From positions 1 through 35,736 of the forward strand of contig JBBIPY010000003.1 of assembly GCA_037442605.1 (NCBI GenBank): a stretch of 35,736 nucleotides of DNA, written 5' to 3'. This stretch comes from Candidatus Omnitrophota bacterium (GTDB lineage Bacteria > Omnitrophota > Gorgyraeia > DTHP01). Shown here piece after piece: positions 9,394 through 17,748 of the stretch (the first letter of the stretch is position 1; each line of letters starts with the position of its first letter). Under the pieces are notes generated by a model that did not search any database, had not been told where the DNA came from, and was given only the letters and a program-made list of their open reading frames with translations. Made by a program: the position numbers and the translations under genes.

Positions 9394-9867
9394 CTATTTG
9401 AACAAAACATTTTTATTCTCCAGCGTTTCTAATTTCAGTTCAATAATTTGGTTATCCGAACTCAATTTTATCTTAGATTCTTCAATTGAGATGATTTTTG
9501 CTCCGTCTACTTCTGAGCCCACCTCAACAACCTGGCTATTAACTATAGCCATTGGCTGGGTCTCATCCCATAAAATTGCGCTTAATTTAAACACATCTTC
9601 ACCAAATTTGCTTTCCTTTTCTTCTTTTAACGGACCGCCTAAGACAAAGGGGTCCTTGAATTTCTTAATAGAGGCAAAGGTTTTCTCTATATCGGCCGGG
9701 GTGGGGAGCGTTTTCTCACCTTGCCTGTCGGTGGTGGTCCGCATGGCTACCTTGCGACGTTTATTTATCCTTGCCCTGACCCTGAATACACTGGAAAGGA
9801 TGCTTAAGGCCAGGATAATAATTAATATAAAAAGAATGATTATTCGCTGATTATTTGTTTTTATCAT
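9394..9867 (-). CDS. Bitopic inner-membrane pilus protein in the PilP position, with a GspB-like C-terminal domain
   Basis: N-terminal TM segment IIILFILIIILALSILSSV. The C-terminus KLSAILWDETQPMAIVNSQVVEVGSEVDGAKIISIEESKIKLS parallels the C-terminus of the 18435-18944 product. Confidence 0.55.
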   Translation of the reverse strand: MIKTNNQRIIILFILIIILALSILSSVFRVRARINKRRKVAMRTTTDRQGEKTLPTPADIEKTFASIKKFKDPFVLGGPLKEEKESKFGEDVFKLSAILWDETQPMAIVNSQVVEVGSEVDGAKIISIEESKIKLSSDNQIIELKLETLENKNVLFK

Positions 9868-9870
9868 CTT

Positions 9871-10470
9871 TTAGATATTTATTCGAGAAAGATTATAGAC
9901 CGATATTTCTAAATCCACCTTGAGGTTATCCGATTCAAACATAAGACCATCTGCCTTGCGAATTGTCATTTTCTCTAATTTAACTGTGTTGGGAAGCCCG
10001 GGTAGCTCCTCAACAAATTTCATGAGATGAGCGAAATTTGTTCTTAGATTAAGCTTGATAGGTGTCCTGAATAGATTTCTTTCGCCCACGGCGATACTCT
10101 TTTTCTTCAGGTCCTGAGCAATTTCTTTTTTTCCGGGAGAAATTGACGCCAGCTCAATATTAAGTTTATGGCAGAGCCTTGAGATATTGTTGATAGATTC
10201 GGTCTCAAGCAGGGAAAGCCTGCCTTCTGTTTCCCCCAGTCTTCCCGCCAAGGCTTCCAAGGCCTCTTGTATCTCCTTCTCTGATAAATCAGATTTCGTG
10301 ATGTCGAATTGGATTAGGGTATTTTCATATTCTTTGGATTCGTTTTTGAGTGATAGCAATTTTTTATGAGATGGCAGATATATTCCTGAATAGACAAAGA
10401 GGAGCATAAGGGGGAATATTAATAAGGGAAGAAGCCCGCGGTATTTTTTTACCGGCAATTTAAGTTTCAT
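9871..10470 (-). CDS. pilO: PilO-like pilus alignment-complex protein
   Basis: Single N-terminal TM segment, coiled coil, then a C-terminal alpha/beta region. The start overlaps the pilMN stop (ATGA). Its position is between pilMN and the PilP-like gene. Confidence 0.5.
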   Translation of the reverse strand: MKLKLPVKKYRGLLPLLIFPLMLLFVYSGIYLPSHKKLLSLKNESKEYENTLIQFDITKSDLSEKEIQEALEALAGRLGETEGRLSLLETESINNISRLCHKLNIELASISPGKKEIAQDLKKKSIAVGERNLFRTPIKLNLRTNFAHLMKFVEELPGLPNTVKLEKMTIRKADGLMFESDNLKVDLEISVYNLSRINI

Positions 10471-12068
10471 CGCAATCCTATGATGAGTTTAAACTCCGTT
10501 TTATCAGGCGAATCAGGGTTTTTTCTCATCGCATCAAGTCGGCCGTCTTTTAAAATAAGCGAACCCTCTATTTGACGGATGATTGTAGTCAGGGTGTTTT
10601 CAGGAAAATTAGTATAAAAGATTATCCCTTTAAGTTCAAGGAGTCTTTTTTCATTATCAAGATTAAACTCGCTAAGCATCACGTTAGAAGGCATTATTCG
10701 GGAGATTTCTTTTAAGACCCAGGAAAAATTGATGTCGCCTTCCCTGATGAGAGTTTCTGCTTTTAAACGCGCCTTGAGCTCTATATCTATTTTTTTAAGC
10801 TTAGCGAAACTTTCTTTTTGCTTCCGGAAGAAAGGGAGGCGTCTATTATAGACCATTGTCTTTGAAATCGACGTAAAGGAAAAAACAAGAAAAAATATGG
10901 AGATGATAACAGAACCGGTGCACAGGACATTTTTTAGACCTCTGATTTCTGCCAGGCGGTATTCTTTGGGAAGCAAGTTGGCTTTAGAACTCCTAGCAAG
11001 CATGTTGCCGATTGCCGGGCCGGCGATGGCGCTATCGCGAGAGGAGACAGTTATACCGCTCGTCTCAACTTTAAGCGGTTCAATGGGCAGGCTTGTGTTC
11101 TGGGATAAGAATTTAACCATCCCGCTTATAGCCGATCCTATTCCCGAAACAAATATCTTTTCTACATCTCCTTCATTGAGGGTGGAGGAGAAATACTGAA
11201 GCGAGCGGTTTAATTCCATAGACAGGCGCTCTAATCCCGGGCGCATCAAGACGGTTAACTGGGAAAGGGGAAATCCTTCCCATTCGCCTGAATGTCCATC
11301 GGGAATACCTACCTCTTTTAAGGCCTTATAGGCCTTTTCTTCGGTTAAGGATATATGATTACCGTTATATACTATTGAGGTTTGGAGTGTATGGATGAAG
11401 CTTTTTATTCCTGTGGGTATAATACGGGGAAAGATTAGTTTTTTCTGCCGATAGAAGGAGATATTGCTTGACTGCCAGCCGAGCTCAAGAATAGCATAGA
11501 TTTTTTCCATCTCTAAGTTTCGAGCCAGATTGAGGAGGTGGGCGTTGCTGAAAGGAGAGATATTTATTTTTACAGGATGGAGTTTACATTTCTCCATAAA
11601 ATTGCAGACCTCTTCAACCTCCTTATTCTGCGCAAACGCCAGCAGGTAATGGTTGCTTCTGGTACCGTCGGTCTCCTGGACCTGTTTGATAAAGTCAAAA
11701 TCCAGAATGATTTCCTCAGGAGGAAAAGAAACTTTACCTTTAACCTGCCAGAGTAAGGCATTGGGGATTTCTGAGGTAGGCATGGGAGGGAGTATATGTC
11801 TACCTAAGCAGAGAGAAGGGCCGCGAAAGGAAACATATACTCCCCGCGCAGAGACCTGGAACTCTTTGAGGGCACGGACTATTTCTTGGGTAAGGTAATC
11901 TTCTTTTTCTTCGGCTCTTACCCCTATCAATTCAATAACTTTCAGTCCGCGGAGATTTATGCCAGAGTTATCTTTCCTGGCATACACTAAAGAATTTATA
12001 TCTCCATCAAGGTCGACAGATAGGATATCTTTATTTTTGATTTTTTTGGCTAAGATATTCTTCTTCAT
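10467..12068 (-). CDS. pilM: PilM-PilN fusion protein (actin-like ATPase fold + PilN)
   Basis: PilM-like N-terminal ~360 aa (ILSVDLDGD..., ILELGWQSSNISF, FVSGIGSAISG). This is followed by the PilN signature NLLPKEYR, one TM segment (VLCTGSVIISIFFLVFSF) and a PilN-like periplasmic part. Confidence 0.75.
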   Translation of the reverse strand: MKKNILAKKIKNKDILSVDLDGDINSLVYARKDNSGINLRGLKVIELIGVRAEEKEDYLTQEIVRALKEFQVSARGVYVSFRGPSLCLGRHILPPMPTSEIPNALLWQVKGKVSFPPEEIILDFDFIKQVQETDGTRSNHYLLAFAQNKEVEEVCNFMEKCKLHPVKINISPFSNAHLLNLARNLEMEKIYAILELGWQSSNISFYRQKKLIFPRIIPTGIKSFIHTLQTSIVYNGNHISLTEEKAYKALKEVGIPDGHSGEWEGFPLSQLTVLMRPGLERLSMELNRSLQYFSSTLNEGDVEKIFVSGIGSAISGMVKFLSQNTSLPIEPLKVETSGITVSSRDSAIAGPAIGNMLARSSKANLLPKEYRLAEIRGLKNVLCTGSVIISIFFLVFSFTSISKTMVYNRRLPFFRKQKESFAKLKKIDIELKARLKAETLIREGDINFSWVLKEISRIMPSNVMLSEFNLDNEKRLLELKGIIFYTNFPENTLTTIIRQIEGSLILKDGRLDAMRKNPDSPDKTEFKLIIGLR

Positions 12069-12073
12069 GAAGT

Positions 12074-12433
12074 TTAAGGAGCCTCGCCAGTAGGCTCAGA
12101 AATACATGTGAATGATCCGTTCGTAGAATCATACGCATAAACTCCGCTTGCCGGACCGGTGTATCCAGCATCACTTCCCGACCAGCCATCGGGAGTTTCG
12201 TTAAGCACAACATCGAAAACAGTAGCTGTGGTTAACGAAGCAGGAAGCATTTTATTTTTTCCCAAATAAATCTGAATGCCTGCCCGTACTGCGCCTACGG
12301 TTCCTTGCTCGGCAGATATTCTGGCTTCCCTTTGCAAATCCAGATACCTGGGAATGGCAATCGCTGCCAAGATGCCGATAATTACAATGATGATCACCAG
12401 CTCAATCAAGGTAAAACCACTTTTCTTAAACAT
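12074..12433 (-). CDS. Type IV pilin / major pseudopilin
   Basis: Class III signal MFKKSG|FTLIELVIIIVIIGILAAIAIPRY. Strong RBS AAGGAGGTGA 8 nt upstream. It has its own promoter. Confidence 0.85.
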   Translation of the reverse strand: MFKKSGFTLIELVIIIVIIGILAAIAIPRYLDLQREARISAEQGTVGAVRAGIQIYLGKNKMLPASLTTATVFDVVLNETPDGWSGSDAGYTGPASGVYAYDSTNGSFTCISEPTGEAP

Positions 12434-12473
12434 CTTCTATCTCACCTCCTTTCGTCATATATGCCCGGTATAG

Positions 12474-12502
12474 ATTATACCAAAAATAAACTTGGTTTAC
12501 AA
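12474..12502 (-). promoter_or_regulatory. Candidate sigma70 promoter for the pilin gene
   Basis: The minus strand reads TTGTAA (12502-12497), 17-nt spacer, TATAAT (12479-12474), about 40 nt upstream of the pilin ATG. Confidence 0.5.
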
Positions 12503-12529
12503 ATATTTTAAATCATGCGTTTCCAAGAT

Positions 12530-12583
12530 CTCCTCCCTCGCCTCTGCCCTCTTCCCTATGGGGAGAGGATTAATGATGAGGGG
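12530..12583. repeat. REP-like hairpin element, copy E
   Basis: ctcctccctcgcctctgCCCTCTtCCctatggGGaGAGGattaatgatgagggg, between the pilC stop and the pilin promoter. Confidence 0.6.
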
Positions 12584-12620
12584 ATAAAAGAGTAGTGTAG
12601 TTGGGTATTTAAAGGGTCTT

Positions 12621-13841
12621 TTAGCGTTTAAAAAGATAGATCAAATTCCACATAGGAAGAAATATCGAAAGTGCCATAAACAAAACCGCGCCTCCCAGGA
12701 CTAAGAGCAGTATCGGCTCTAACAGCGTGGTCAGGTTTTTTATTATATAGTTCACCTGATAATCGTAGTAATCGGATACTTTAATCAGAAGGTCGTCTAA
12801 TTTTCCGCTTTCTTCTCCGATATAGACCATCTGCACGACCATCGGCGGGAAAATCTTATTTTTATTCATTGCCTCATTCATTGCCTCACCGGCATTTATC
12901 TCTGTTTTGATATCTTCAACTGCCTTAGTCAAGACGGTATTGCCGATAGTCTGGCCTACCAAATCCAGGGTCTGGATAATGGGAATTCCGCTTTTGATTA
13001 AACTGGCGGTAATGCGGGTAAAACGGGATAAGGTTATCTTTAAAATAAGCGGACCAAATACGGGCGTTTTTAGTTTCAGCCGGTCAAAGATGGCTTTCCC
13101 GTGCCTGGTTTTAGAGAACCTAACCAGTAAAATAATGGAAATAGCCGCAACCACAAGTAATTGCAGTCCGTAGTGAGTAAAGATGTGGTTGATAGCTAAA
13201 AGTATTCGGGTGGGCAGGGGGAGCTTGGTATGGAAGCGGCTAAATATCTTGGCAAAACGGGGCAGGACGAAGGTAACCATTAATATAAACGCCGAGCCGA
13301 GAGCGGTGATAACGATAATAGGATACATCGTTGCCGAACGGATACGCGACTGCATTTCCTCCTCATGCTCACCCATGGTTGCCAGACGGTCAAGGGCTTC
13401 GTCAAACTTGCCCGAGGCCTCTCCTGCCTTAACTATGCTTCTGTAAAGGGCATCGAAATGCTTAGGATGTTTCCCCAGTGCATTAGAAAAGCTCATCCCT
13501 CCGCGGATGTCTGAGATAATCTCCCCGATTATTTGTTTAAAATAATAGTTTCCAATCTGTTGAGAAAGGGATTCCAGAGAATTAATTATGGGAACCCCTG
13601 CGTCCATCAGAACAGAAAGTTGACGGCTAAAAAGGACAATTTCGCTTTTTCTTATTCTTTTGAAGGAGAGGCTAAGGCCGAGATCTATTTTTTTAAAAGA
13701 GAGTTTCTCAGGTTTGACATTCAGAGGTGTCAATCCCATAATCTGGAGTTTATCACCTGCAGATATTTCAGACAGAGCCTCCAGTTTACCGTTCAGAATC
13801 CTTCCGAATTTATCCCGTGCACGATAGATGTATGTTGCCAT
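12621..13841 (-). CDS. pilC: Pilus/T2SS inner-membrane platform protein (PilC/GspF family)
   Basis: Two GspF-type repeats with 3 TM segments. The N-terminus MATYIYRARDKFGR is typical, so the start is probably ATG 13841 rather than 13862. Confidence 0.85.
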   Translation of the reverse strand: MATYIYRARDKFGRILNGKLEALSEISAGDKLQIMGLTPLNVKPEKLSFKKIDLGLSLSFKRIRKSEIVLFSRQLSVLMDAGVPIINSLESLSQQIGNYYFKQIIGEIISDIRGGMSFSNALGKHPKHFDALYRSIVKAGEASGKFDEALDRLATMGEHEEEMQSRIRSATMYPIIVITALGSAFILMVTFVLPRFAKIFSRFHTKLPLPTRILLAINHIFTHYGLQLLVVAAISIILLVRFSKTRHGKAIFDRLKLKTPVFGPLILKITLSRFTRITASLIKSGIPIIQTLDLVGQTIGNTVLTKAVEDIKTEINAGEAMNEAMNKNKIFPPMVVQMVYIGEESGKLDDLLIKVSDYYDYQVNYIIKNLTTLLEPILLLVLGGAVLFMALSIFLPMWNLIYLFKR

Positions 13842-13905
13842 ATTTAAATTCAGGCAAAACAAATAAGTTATCTTGCCCTGCGAACTCCATAACCCATGGC
13901 TTCAT

Positions 13906-15600
13906 TTACTTCTCTATATGCGTCAAGCGGATAACTTCCTCTAAAGTAGTCATCCCCCTTTTTACTTTCTCTATCCCGTCTTTCATAAGCGTGGTCATAC
14001 CTGATTGGATGGCGGTTTGTTTTATCGCATCAGCCGATGTCTTGGAGATGATTAACTTTCGTATCTCTTCGTCCACCATTAAAATCTCAAATATGCCGCG
14101 TCTACCTGTGTAGCCTGTTCCTTTACAGTTATCACAACCCCTTCCTTTATAAAATCTTAAATCCTTCTGCCCCTCTAACTTTAGACTTTTAAGCAGGTTC
14201 GACGGAGGGACATATTCGTCTTTACAGTGGAAACATATAATACGGACAAGACGCTGGGCGATTACGCCAATGACCGAACTGGATATTAGGAAAGGTTCCA
14301 CTCCCATATCGATAAGACGTGTAAGGGCGCCTGAAGAGTCGTTGGTATGCAGGGTAGAAAAGACGAGATGTCCGGTGAGTGCCGCCTGGGTAGCAATATC
14401 GGCGGTTTCTACGTCACGGATTTCTCCTACCATAACGATATCGGGGTCCTGACGCAGGATACTTCTTAAACCCGTGGCGAAGGTTAATCCTGCCTTAGGG
14501 TTAATCTGCGTTTGGCGTATGAGAGGAATCTGATATTCTACAGGGTCCTCTATGGTGATGATGTTTACCTCTGGGGAATTAATCTCGGAAAGCGCCGCGT
14601 AGAGAGTGGTGGTTTTGCCGCTTCCTGTGGGACCGGTGACCAGGATTATTCCGTAAGGCGAGCGTATGAGGGAGTTAAATTTAGATAAATCCCGTTCGCT
14701 GAATCCCAAATCCCTTAAATTTAGCAGAACACTGGACTTATCGAGAATCCTTAAAACCAGGTTTTCTCCGTGAATAGTGGGAAAGGTGGAGAGACGGATA
14801 TCTATTTCTCGATTTTCCATATCCATGCGGAGACGGCCGTCCTGGGGTTTTCTACGTTCGGCAATATCAAGCCCCGCCAGAATCTTAATACGTGAGGTAA
14901 CCAAACCCAGCAGGTGGTGGGGTAGTTTGTATGCCTCGTAGAGAATTCCGTCTATACGGTAGCGTATCCTTAAGACATCTTGCTCCGGCTCAACATGGAT
15001 ATCGCTCGCCTTTGACTTAACCGCCTCATATATCAGCATATTAACCAGTTTTATCACTGGTGTCTCTTCGGATATCTCGGCAAGACGCTGATGGTCTATT
15101 TCTTCCGGAATCTTACGCAGCTTAGAGATATCGATACCTTCAATTATTGTCTCTATGCTTCCCAACTTACTGTAATATTGATTGATAGCATTCTCAATCT
15201 CGGATTTACTGGAGACTACGGTGTCAATATATTTAAAATTCGTCCTCATCCTTAACTCATCAAGGGCAATGATGTCTTGAGGATTTGCCATTGCCACGGT
15301 GAGATTATCTTCAATTTTAAAGAGGGGGATTAGTTTATGTCTGCGGGCTAACTCCTCGGGAACAAGGTTGATTACCTCAGAGTCGATAAGATAATTCTCC
15401 AGTTTTATATAAGGGATAGAAGTAAGCGTGGCAATTGTACTTACGATAATATCTTCCGTAACGAAGCCAAGACGGATAAGCGTACTTTCGATATCCATCC
15501 CGCTTTTCTGGGCTTCCCGGCAAGCGTGTTCTAATTGTTCTTGGGTGATGAGTCCTTCGCTGAGCAGGATTTCTTCAATGGGTCTGTCCATTTTCGTCAC
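13906..15600 (-). CDS. pilB: Pilus assembly / T2SS ATPase (PilB/GspE family)
   Basis: Walker A GPTGSGKTTTLYA, Walker B-like ITIEDPVEY, His box, C-terminal tetracysteine CFHCKDEY...CDNCKGTGYTGR. N-terminal GSPII-like domain. Confidence 0.9.
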   Translation of the reverse strand: MTKMDRPIEEILLSEGLITQEQLEHACREAQKSGMDIESTLIRLGFVTEDIIVSTIATLTSIPYIKLENYLIDSEVINLVPEELARRHKLIPLFKIEDNLTVAMANPQDIIALDELRMRTNFKYIDTVVSSKSEIENAINQYYSKLGSIETIIEGIDISKLRKIPEEIDHQRLAEISEETPVIKLVNMLIYEAVKSKASDIHVEPEQDVLRIRYRIDGILYEAYKLPHHLLGLVTSRIKILAGLDIAERRKPQDGRLRMDMENREIDIRLSTFPTIHGENLVLRILDKSSVLLNLRDLGFSERDLSKFNSLIRSPYGIILVTGPTGSGKTTTLYAALSEINSPEVNIITIEDPVEYQIPLIRQTQINPKAGLTFATGLRSILRQDPDIVMVGEIRDVETADIATQAALTGHLVFSTLHTNDSSGALTRLIDMGVEPFLISSSVIGVIAQRLVRIICFHCKDEYVPPSNLLKSLKLEGQKDLRFYKGRGCDNCKGTGYTGRRGIFEILMVDEEIRKLIISKTSADAIKQTAIQSGMTTLMKDGIEKVKRGMTTLEEVIRLTHIEK

Positions 15601-15635
15601 AATTTATTTCTTGCTGAAAAACTTCATCTAAAACA

Positions 15636-15733
15636 ACGCAGATTTTCGCAAGTCTAACACGGATTCACGCGGATTTTAGCAACGGGATAACCTGCGCGAC
15701 CATCTGCATGAAATCTGCGTATACCTGTGTTAG
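15636..15733. repeat. Interleaved inverted repeats in the pilB / minor-pilin intergenic region
   Basis: ACGCAGATTT (15636-15645) / AAATCTGCGT (15711-15720) interleave with CTAACAC (15654-15660) / GTGTTAG (15727-15733). Confidence 0.6.
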
Positions 15734-15754
15734 AAGATGCCTTCTTGCTGATAT

Positions 15755-16831
15755 TCAATAAACCTCTTTCCAGTTAGAGGTAGTTACTGTGGTTGAGGAA
15801 GGGTCGTTAGTGATATAGGAGATAAATTGCTGGACACAGGGATGATAGCTTAGACTGAAACTGCCGCTAAACTCGTTGATATTACCTGAAATTATCTCTC
15901 CCTTTACAGTGGCATTACCACCCGTGAAGCTCGGTTGGCTTCTTAGTTTGCCTTTTACGATGGTTACTTCTCCCTTAGCATATATAAGACCAGTAATAAC
16001 GATATTTCCCTCTAACGTAAGGTTTCCCTTAACAACGAGAAATACAGGATTATTTGTAGTGCCAATTGTGCCGCCTGTTATCTTCGCGTCCTTTTCGCTA
16101 TATATACAGCCGGTTTTACCGTCTAACGACTTTGATTGTGAAGGACCGATGCCGTTGGGGAAATAGAGACCCGCGTTCTCGGCATTGGATTTTACACGTT
16201 CCATATCAATGGTAGGGATGAAACCGTGCGTATCGTACCATTGTTTACCAGGGACATTTTCTGGCTTCTGGATTTCTATCGTTGCATTGGGGTTGGTTTG
16301 CATAATTTCCCCATTTATGCGTGCATTTCCACCAACTTCTATATCGCTGTTTGTATATAAGGCTACATCCAACGCCCCGGGGGATTTCTCAATCAAGGCG
16401 CTTGTTTTACGCTGTGCCTGGTTGTATAGTCCGGTTGAGGTTACGGAGACACTTCGATTAGAAACAGGAGTAACGCTGCTTAAAGAAAAGGTTCCGCCCC
16501 CCACGCTTCCTGCCCGAACTGCGGAAAAATTAAATCCGCTTTTCCAGGTCCCCCCTGTCCAATCCCATTGTTCCTTGACTAGCCTTAAGGCAACCTGGAA
16601 TCCTGCCTCGGCAATATGGAATGCCTTTTCCGAATCCAGATAATCCGAGGACCTCTGTGTGGTTGAGGAAAGCATCGATAAAGCAGCATAACCAAAGATA
16701 GCAAAAAACATGAGTGTAAGTATAACCGCAATAAGCGAAACCCCCCTTACGTTTAAGTTTCTCTTCGCGCTTCTCTCGGATACATCTTGAGTTCTTTGCG
16801 GTTGCGCTTTTGCCTGTATTATTTTCTGCAT
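15755..16831 (-). CDS. Large minor pseudopilin (PilX/GspK-like N-terminus) with a beta-helix-like C-terminal region
   Basis: N-terminus ...RGVSLIAVILTLMFFAIFGYAALSML (PilX_N-like, no Glu5). C-terminal G/N/T/I-rich repeats: VGGNARINGEI, KGNLTLEGNIVITGLIYAKGEVTIVKG, GGNATVKGEIISGNI. Confidence 0.6.
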   Translation of the reverse strand: MQKIIQAKAQPQRTQDVSERSAKRNLNVRGVSLIAVILTLMFFAIFGYAALSMLSSTTQRSSDYLDSEKAFHIAEAGFQVALRLVKEQWDWTGGTWKSGFNFSAVRAGSVGGGTFSLSSVTPVSNRSVSVTSTGLYNQAQRKTSALIEKSPGALDVALYTNSDIEVGGNARINGEIMQTNPNATIEIQKPENVPGKQWYDTHGFIPTIDMERVKSNAENAGLYFPNGIGPSQSKSLDGKTGCIYSEKDAKITGGTIGTTNNPVFLVVKGNLTLEGNIVITGLIYAKGEVTIVKGKLRSQPSFTGGNATVKGEIISGNINEFSGSFSLSYHPCVQQFISYITNDPSSTTVTTSNWKEVY

Positions 16832-16844
16832 CGCATCTCCTTTT

Positions 16845-17342
16845 CTATATATTGCGCGGCCTAACCATGCTTTGCATATTCACAGGATTATTGCCTTTGT
16901 TGGTGGTTAGGGATACCTTTATCTTACGGATATCTGTCGGCGAAGGGCTGACCCTTGGAATAGATATTATGTTACCATTATTATCTAAATATTGCAAGGT
17001 AAAATTTGTTACCCCCGAAAGCAGCGGGATGCCGTTACGGTAAACGGTTGTTCCAGAGAGGTTGTAGGTTACGGAGTTATTGTCGATATCGATAAAGGCG
17101 ATGACGGTTGAGGTTGCAATAGTTATGCTGGTTGGGTTTTTGATATATCTTAATTCACGGACTATGCGGTTCAGGGCGTAGGGCATCTGGGTCATCAAAT
17201 CGGCTCTGTCTACCACAAAATACCAGGATTCCACTCCCTTATTTATTACGCCGGCTAAAAACAGGGCAAGGATGGCTACCAGAATCATGACGATGACCAT
17301 CTCGATCAGGCTAAATGCCTTTAGATAATTAGACATTCTCAT
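16845..17342 (-). CDS. Minor pseudopilin (PilW/GspJ-like)
   Basis: Prepilin-type N-terminus MRMSNYLKA|FSLIEMVIVMILVAILALF, with Ala instead of Gly at position -1. Confidence 0.65.
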   Translation of the reverse strand: MRMSNYLKAFSLIEMVIVMILVAILALFLAGVINKGVESWYFVVDRADLMTQMPYALNRIVRELRYIKNPTSITIATSTVIAFIDIDNNSVTYNLSGTTVYRNGIPLLSGVTNFTLQYLDNNGNIISIPRVSPSPTDIRKIKVSLTTNKGNNPVNMQSMVRPRNI

Positions 17343-17355
17343 GCCAGATTTGTTA

Positions 17356-17748
17356 TTATGGTTTTGAGATGAGGGTGACTAAATTTGACTGCATCTCAGA
17401 TACTATATTATTGGTTACTACCACCACAACACGTTTATAATTGGTTACCGTGGGGTTAACGCTTAGGTCATAGTTAGGGGGACTGACATAATAAACCGTT
17501 ACAGAATAGCTGTATTGGCTAAATGCTCCGGAGAAAGACCCTGTTTGATTTACCAGATTGGTAAAAGAAAGCGTTTTTAAGTCCTCCATTTTTTCATTTG
17601 CCAGGTTGACAGAGTTAAGCATTACTTCGGTAGCTACGGAGTTCTGAACAGAGTTATAGGCAATGATTAAGAGAGGAGGCAGGGCAATTCCTGCTACTAC
17701 CATAAAGATTACCAGACCAATTAAACTAAAACCGCTATTATTTTTCAT
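17356..17748 (-). CDS. Minor pseudopilin (PilV/GspI-like)
   Basis: MKNNSG|FSLIGLVIFMVVAGIAL: prepilin-type N-terminus with Gly instead of Glu at +5. Confidence 0.65.
   Translation of the reverse strand: MKNNSGFSLIGLVIFMVVAGIALPPLLIIAYNSVQNSVATEVMLNSVNLANEKMEDLKTLSFTNLVNQTGSFSGAFSQYSYSVTVYYVSPPNYDLSVNPTVTNYKRVVVVVTNNIVSEMQSNLVTLISKP

Noticed and set aside
9374-9850. 158-aa plus-strand ORF
   Set aside because: It is entirely antisense to the PilP-slot gene, which has the TM segment, operon context and a paralogue. The plus-strand product is low-complexity with no start context.
12503-12530. Sigma54 promoter for the pilin gene (TTGGAAACGCATGATTT on the minus strand)
   Set aside because: The GG is not followed by GC at the required 12-nt offset. 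A good sigma70-type TTGTAA-17-TATAAT lies just downstream.
16185-16643. 152-aa plus-strand ORF (and 15876-16166)
   Set aside because: These are antisense shadow ORFs inside the large minor-pilin gene. They have no independent signals.
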